Shown here one piece after another: positions 8,977 to 14,322 of a stretch of DNA of 55,048 bases. Origin of the DNA: a virus (lineage: Duplodnaviria > Heunggongvirae > Uroviricota > Caudoviricetes); the IMG/VR virus record IMGVR_UViG_2541047910_000003, positions 1 to 55,048 of that record; one strand, written 5' to 3'. Both the position numbers and the translations under genes were made by a program. The notes under the pieces were generated by a model. That model was not told the DNA's origin. It did no database searches and saw only the letters and a program-made list of their open reading frames with translations. Within the stretch, counting starts at the first letter, position 1, and every line of letters starts with the position of its first letter.

Positions 8977-9708
8977 TTAAAATGGAATATCAAAGTCGTC
9001 ATATACATTTGGGTAATGCTTAGAAAAATATGCCTCAATACCATTTGGTCGTTTTAGCCCGTATCTACAAGCTAGTGAATTTGCAAACTCAATAAATGAT
9101 GCTCCTCCTGTTCGTGTGTGTTTCTCCTGGATGATAAGAGAGGCAAAATTCTCTAACACATCCTCCTCATTATCATTAGCTACCTTTTCACTTGATGAAA
9201 CAGGTGTTTCTTCCGTCTCCCACGGCAAAGGCGCATCCCAATCATCAAGAACATCAAAAGAAGGCTGTTTATGGCCTTTAGGTTGTTCCTGTGCTTCTTC
9301 TGCCTCAGAAAGATCAGAGAGTGATGATTCTCCTGGGGGAGTAATATGTGCATCTGTAAATGGTAATGCTTTATAGAGTGATGTTTGACCGTCCCGTGCC
9401 TCTACAGAAAGAACTCCCATATCAACAAACATATTTATAATATTGCGAACCTGGCGATCACTAACCATTCCAATATTAGCTAATGTTTTTTGAGTAGCGT
9501 AACATTCTTGCCCTTGTTCATTGAATCCAGCTATATAGCTATAGATTTCAACGGCTGGCAGTGTAGCGGTGTATTCATTACCAGATGGTGAATACCATTT
9601 TTTAAACATCTTCAACCATTGCTCAACAACTACATATTTTTGTTTACCATCTTTCTGATTTAGACATTTGGCTTTCGCTTCGGCAATTGTTTTGATATTT
9701 TTGATCAT
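8977..9708 (-). CDS. putative replication-initiation/origin-binding protein with an SSB-like C-terminal tip
   Basis: 243 aa. N-terminal wHTH (QKTLANIGMVSDRQVRNIINMFVDMGVLSV), an acidic linker, and a C-terminus ending ...VYDDFDIPF. Confidence 0.45.
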   Translation of the reverse strand: MIKNIKTIAEAKAKCLNQKDGKQKYVVVEQWLKMFKKWYSPSGNEYTATLPAVEIYSYIAGFNEQGQECYATQKTLANIGMVSDRQVRNIINMFVDMGVLSVEARDGQTSLYKALPFTDAHITPPGESSLSDLSEAEEAQEQPKGHKQPSFDVLDDWDAPLPWETEETPVSSSEKVANDNEEDVLENFASLIIQEKHTRTGGASFIEFANSLACRYGLKRPNGIEAYFSKHYPNVYDDFDIPF

Positions 9709-9832
9709 TTAGTTCCTCCTTTGTAAGGACTGTAATTAGTAGTTCATTAACAAGTTTTGGAATTGATTTCCCTTCTGCCTTTGCGCGATTTAACAACGCG
9801 TTATAAGTTGCAGAATCAAAATTAATATTCAT
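9644..9832 (-). CDS. ribbon-helix-helix (CopG/Arc-like) protein
   Basis: MNINFDSATYNALLNRAKAEGKSIPKLVNELL fits a beta-strand plus two-helix RHH pattern. The 3' end overlaps the next ORF. Confidence 0.5.
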   Translation of the reverse strand: MNINFDSATYNALLNRAKAEGKSIPKLVNELLITVLTKEELNDQKYQNNCRSESQMSKSERW

Positions 9833-9855
9833 TTGGTTTTCTCCTTCTCCTGTTA

Positions 9856-10038
9856 TTATTCTTTCTCTGCTTCTTTCTTACGCAGTTCATCAATAATCTT
9901 GAGTGCTTCATTGAAGCAAGCTGCTCGCTCTGGATAACCTCGACTCCTTGCCATATTACGATTCATTACTACTTGGTGGCGTGTAAGCTCACCTTCTTTA
10001 AATGCCTGTACGACGTGTTCCGGTGTAAACCATTTCAT
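9856..10038 (-). CDS. hypothetical protein (first gene of the leftward operon)
   Basis: 60-aa ORF with an AAGGAG RBS upstream. Confidence 0.45.
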   Translation of the reverse strand: MKWFTPEHVVQAFKEGELTRHQVVMNRNMARSRGYPERAACFNEALKIIDELRKKEAEKE

Positions 10039-10149
10039 AAAAACTCCTTATTCAGTTAAAAGAAAAAACACCTTGCAAGCCTGACGGCTTCAAAGTGCAT
10101 TGATTTTGATTATTTAGAGAAGAATGTTTTTCTGTCCCTCTAATACCTA

Positions 10150-10177
10150 TTATTACATATAAAGAAACATTTGTCAA
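10150..10177 (-). promoter_or_regulatory. sigma70-like promoter for the 10038-to-7807 operon
   Basis: On the minus strand: TTGACA, 16 nt, TAATAA. The -35 is at 10172-10177 and the -10 at 10150-10155. Confidence 0.55.
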
Positions 10178-10811
10178 TACCCTTTTCGAAAAAAATCGAT
10201 CTTTTTCAGCATGTTATAATTTGTCTTAGCAATTCGTGCTCTTCTGTGTAGTGCTATTCTTCATTATTGTCTAAAACGCTCTAAAACGCGTTCTAACGAA
10301 GTTTTGATAAAAGCAATACATTCTCTTATGTAGAGGCTATTTATCTCGTCAGAGGCTTATTTAAGGGGCTTATTTTGTATTTGTTAGGTATATGAAAAGG
10401 TGATGGTAGATATAAAACAGAGAGTCACTTTATAAAACGTTCTGTAAAGCCCTGTAGTGAGCTTATATATGTAGGCAATGCGTTTCCATTCCCTACCCTG
10501 CTTAATGCTGTTAGAGAAGCATTTAGACCCCTTATTTTTAATTACCTAAAGTATCCTCTATACATCTCTGTTATGAAACACCTCTGAATCCTTCATAAAA
10601 CACATTATGACGCAAAGAACACCTTTTCTAAGGTGATTCCCTTCCTGAATGCTGTTTCTTGCGTCAGAGAGCTACATAGAGCTTATAAAGCTATTATTAA
10701 TAATAAAGTAGATAAAGTAAGTAAGATAAGTAAGAAGATTAACTAAGATAGATAAGATTAATAAGATCAGAATTCTCTTTCGGTGTCGCCTCTGGCTTTT
10801 CCACCGAAAAC

Positions 10812-10969
10812 AATTACACGACTACAGAATGTAGGAAGTGGAATTGTATTGAGGCTTAGTGAAATTACACGAGGAAAGCAGAGTGTAATTGAGCTTTAGC
10901 CGCTCTCTCTTCGAGTAATTACACAACTACAGAGAATAACGAGAGTTATTAAATGTAGGAAGTGGAATT
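10812..10969. repeat. repeat cluster (AATTACAC boxes plus two exact 18-mers)
   Basis: AATTACAC at 10812, 10863 and 10917, and inverted at 10883. aatgtaggaagtggaatt is exact at 10828-10845 and 10952-10969. Confidence 0.8.
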
Positions 10970-11239
10970 AAGAGGTAGAGAGATAGAGTTAACACATAAG
11001 CAATCAGTATGATTGGTTAGGTGATTACTCTTCTGCGCACAGCGCAATAGTATTTCTTCGTGGGCGTTACCGCCAACGATAGTTACACGAAGAAAGTAAC
11101 GCTTTGCTTTCGGTGTGAGCGGAACGGGCCAGCCAACGTAGCCCAAAGGTAGCGGAGTAAGGCTGCTTGCCAGAGAGTGAAGCTAACGCCGGAAGGCAAA
11201 AAGATCATATATATATAGTATAAAGAATATTATTTATAT

Positions 11240-11295
11240 TATTTAATTATAGTATTTAATTATAGTATTTAATTATAGTATTTAATTATAGTATT
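11240..11295. repeat. four perfect tandem AT-rich 13-mers (DNA-unwinding-element-like)
   Basis: tatttaattatag occurs four times head-to-tail (11240-11291) plus a partial fifth copy. Confidence 0.9.
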
Positions 11296-11298
11296 GGT

Positions 11299-11398
11299 GG
11301 AACTCATTTCCTAGGTAGGTAGGAACTCATTTCCTAAGTAGGTAGGAAACCACTTCCTAGGTTACTTCCTAAATAGATCGGAAATCATTTCCTAGGTG
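11299..11398. repeat. iteron array A (about 23-bp units)
   Basis: ggaactcatttcctaggtaggta, ggaactcatttcctaagtaggta, ggaaaccacttcctaggtta and ggaaatcatttcctaggtg are directly repeated. Confidence 0.85.
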
Positions 11399-11413
11399 TT
11401 ATTTATACTTATC

Positions 11414-11471
11414 GGGTATCAGTTTTGATAGGGGTATCAGACTTGATAGGGGTAACAGAATTCTGTGGGGG
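11414..11471. repeat. iteron array B (18-bp units)
   Basis: gggtatcagttttgatag, gggtatcagacttgatag, then gggtaacagaattctgtggggg. Confidence 0.8.
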
Positions 11472-12142
11472 TAGCTCACAGTGACCTACCGTTACTACCA
11501 ACTTTCTTACAGAGAGCATTTCAGATAGCTGAATGTAACCTCTCGTTACATCCATTTGTCACATAGCACTCTGTGTAATGCCTTTCTATGTGTGTGCCAT
11601 AATCCCCCTATATTCCCTGTGTAAATCATAGAATAATGCTCTCTATTCCCTGTGTAATTCCATACTAAAAATTCAATGAAAAAGTAGCTTAAAAGTGCAA
11701 TTCTCACTTTCTTCACTTTTACATCACTTTCGCAAAGCCTTGTGTAATGCGGCTTACAGCGCACTATCAGAAATTGTTGGCTAAAAATTGTTCTGCTTGT
11801 TTCTTAATGAGTTTTCTTGTTTGTGCAAATTTTAAAATTTATTTTGTTTTTACAGCCTTATTTCGTGTAATGCGTGGCATAGCAAGCCCTTTTCTTGTGT
11901 TGTCAAGACATTTGGCAACGTTCAAACATCTGTTTAGAAATGCCAAATTGTTGATCTAACAAATAAACCTGTATAAACAGAACACCATTTAATCTATTCC
12001 CCTGTGTATCCATTAGGCATACCAAATGAATACATCTAAATCGTGTAATATTCCGTACCTATAAGGCTTGAAACAGACAAAATGAATACGATATACTCAT
12101 TTGCATTGAAGTAGTGCCAAATCGATACATTAAGAGGATTTT

Positions 12143-12682
12143 ATGAGCAATATCGGTTATAAGCGTGTGAGCACTGTAGATCAGAACACTGATCGCCAGC
12201 TTGCAGGAGTAACGCTTGATAAAGTCTTTGAAGATAAGCTGTCAGGTAAAGACACTAACCGTCCAGGATTGCAGGCGTGTTTATCCTATCTGAGAGAAGG
12301 CGACACCTTACACGTCCACTCTCTTGATCGTTTAGGGCGTAACACCTTAGACATTCTGGAGTTAATCAAACAATTGAATGATCGAGGTGTAATTGTTCGC
12401 TTTCACAAAGAAGGAATCATTGCTGACATTACAAGCGCGATGGGAAAGATGATGCTTACGATGTTGTCGGCAGTTGCAACGTGTGAACGTGAACTGATGT
12501 TAGAGCGTAAACGAGAAGCGCAAGCCGTCAATCCTACAAAGCGTGGTAAAGGGAAGGCAGTAGATAGGGAAGGTATAAAGAAAGCCCTTTCCGCTGGCGT
12601 GTCAGTGCGTAAAACCGCCGAGAGCTTTAATGTTGCTCCTTCAACGGTGCAACGTATCAAGAAGGAAGAAGAGGAGGCGTAA
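12143..12682 (+). CDS. serine recombinase (resolvase/invertase family)
   Basis: GYKRVSTVDQNTDRQ contains the catalytic Ser motif. LDRLGRN is present and a C-terminal HTH (VRKTAESFNVAPSTVQRI) follows. 179 aa, the same domain order as Tn3/gamma-delta resolvase. Confidence 0.85.
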   Translation: MSNIGYKRVSTVDQNTDRQLAGVTLDKVFEDKLSGKDTNRPGLQACLSYLREGDTLHVHSLDRLGRNTLDILELIKQLNDRGVIVRFHKEGIIADITSAMGKMMLTMLSAVATCERELMLERKREAQAVNPTKRGKGKAVDREGIKKALSAGVSVRKTAESFNVAPSTVQRIKKEEEEA

Positions 12683-12699
12683 TGCCTCCTTGATATTTG
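12673..12699 (+). terminator. terminator after the resolvase gene
   Basis: ggaggc-gtaat-gcctcc followed by ttgatattt. Confidence 0.5.
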
Positions 12700-13009
12700 G
12701 GGATTCTGGATTTTCCAGATCGGGGGGCGCTGATCTTCGCGTTAAACATTGATCACGTTTGCGCCGATTTCAGATAAAAAGGCAGCTATTAAGCAATACG
12801 TAACTTTTACAATTAGTGAAATTATCTAAAACACAAGTTATATAGATGAGAAAATGAAATATTATCTTGAACAAATCAAACAAAACAACACATCATCTTG
12901 TTGACACCATGCAAAGTGAATAGTAAGCTATTATATGTGAAAATTTGCACATTGCATGCAATAAAAAATAAATGATACCTTGTTGTTGTTAAATCAATAG
13001 GGGGTATCT

Positions 13010-13168
13010 ATGCGCTTTATCTTATCCATTTTAAAAACCTGCAGAACCACAATTACTTTAGCTGTAATTGTTACCATCATATACCTCATCTATTTTACCC
13101 CTCGAGATAAAATCGATTCACTAGCGATCATCGTTCATGCAATGGCTACATTAACTAAAAAACTTTAA
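13010..13168 (+). CDS. small hydrophobic membrane peptide (52 aa)
   Basis: Hand translation gives MRFILSILKTCRTTITLAVIVTIIYLIYFTPRDKIDSLAIIVHAMATLTKKL. A GGGGG RBS lies upstream. A promoter (TTGACA, 17 nt, TAAGCT) is at 12901-12929. Too short for the ORF track. Confidence 0.4.
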   Translation: MRFILSILKTCRTTITLAVIVTIIYLIYFTPRDKIDSLAIIVHAMATLTKKL

Positions 13169-13234
13169 TAATTTCACTATCAGGCGCACAAACACATCTT
13201 TGATTGCTGGATGTGTTATGCGCCTACTGGTGAT

Positions 13235-13387
13235 TCAATCCTTAAGCCATTTCAACTCACTAAGGAGTTTTCTTTCTTCGTTCTCTCGCTGTTTACGCTC
13301 TAGCCAGGCTTTTCCCTCTGGCGTAGACAGGAACTTACGAGCGTGAATCTTGCGGTTATTACGTTTTATAGCTGCAATGTTTTTCAT
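13235..13387 (-). CDS. small basic protein (50 aa)
   Basis: Hand translation gives MKNIAAIKRNNRKIHARKFLSTPEGKAWLERKQRENEERKLLSELKWLKD. It converges on the 52-aa ORF across a long hairpin (13183-13224). Confidence 0.35.
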   Translation of the reverse strand: MKNIAAIKRNNRKIHARKFLSTPEGKAWLERKQRENEERKLLSELKWLKD

Positions 13388-13990
13388 CGTGTTGCCTCTG
13401 TATTCATATGAAAATTAACAAGTTACATACTACACAGGGAGACTACGCATAAAACACAATACAAGTAAAGATACATTTTCAAGACAATAGGAGCCATAAA
13501 GCGCCTTTGATGGTTATACCAAAAAATAAGCGCCGTAGGCGTATCCACTAAAAGGGCTTTTTCACAAAAGCTATGAAGTCTTAGCAGTTCTTCTCTTATC
13601 AGGCACCCGTTGTACTCCGGTGGACGAAACCGTGCTAGAGCTTGATTCTTTCCCGATCAAGTTAGGTTTTGAAGAGGTGGGCTTTAATCCACTATTGCAC
13701 TTAAAACTCTTCCCATCATTTAGCCTGTTTATCCTCTGCAACGTCTCACGACGTGTGGCATCATTGGACACCGCGCCAGGTGTGGAACATCTTGCTAAGA
13801 GTTTTGGTAGAAGGTTTAGAGACGGTGGCACGTCTTCCAGCTTCAAAGGAACTTGTTACGAGGTTGAGCCTGGGAACTACTCGCCCATACGTGTTACACT
13901 ACCAAAGCCCATAACAACGTATAGGCGTTTGTAAGTGATAACAGAAGATACAATTTCTTAGAGAAGTTAAGCTAAGTTATTGATTTTCTT

Positions 13991-14038
13991 AATGGTGCCG
14001 ATAATAGGAGTCGAACCTACGACCTTCGCATTACGAAT
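13991..14038. repeat. 48-bp direct copy of the thrW 3' end (distal att junction of the P22-like prophage)
   Basis: Identical to 53603-53650. Its first 21 bp also equal 1451-1471. Confidence 0.95.
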
Positions 14039-14322
14039 CTGTAGCACCAATCATAACTATCTGTTTTAGCAAGCATTAACCGCATTCACTAAGCTATAGT
14101 TGATGGCACAAACAGAAAGCTGATGCATGATGTTGTCATGTGTATGTCACAAATACGGCACAACGATCTTCAAACATGTAGCCACTCAGCATAGAAGAGC
14201 ACAAAGCCTTGCAATCCAGTGCAAAGCTTTGTGTGTCTCAGTTTTTATAAATTCTTAAGCAAGAATTATAGTTATAACTATTATGTAAGTTTTATGATAT
14301 ATATTGTATTTAAATGCTGGTT

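Larger units (their letters stand above)
1472..13990. mobile_element. 12.5-kb integrative element (candidate phage satellite or phage-plasmid-like element) inserted in the thrW 3' end
   Basis: Bounded by the 21-bp direct repeats. An integrase gene lies 90-150 bp inside the left junction. Visibly more AT-rich than the neighbouring prophage. Carries capsid-like genes, an origin-like repeat field and a resolvase. Confidence 0.7.

Noticed and set aside
10680-11480. Possible CRISPR array, because of the dense short repeats
   Set aside because: The repeats are contiguous tandem units (13, 18 and 23 bp) without unique spacers of regular length. Several unrelated repeat families are mixed together. 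No cas genes are present. The region fits origin iterons better.
10949-11959. Track ORFs 10949-11146 (-), 11546-11764 (-) and 11747-11959 (+)
   Set aside because: They lie across repeat and hairpin DNA, lack RBSs and have odd Cys/His/Leu-rich composition. They were treated as noncoding.
13571-13934. Mutually antisense 91-aa and 104-aa ORFs
   Set aside because: There is no RBS, one starts with GTG, and the translations are low-complexity. The region is reported as unexplained rather than as CDSs.
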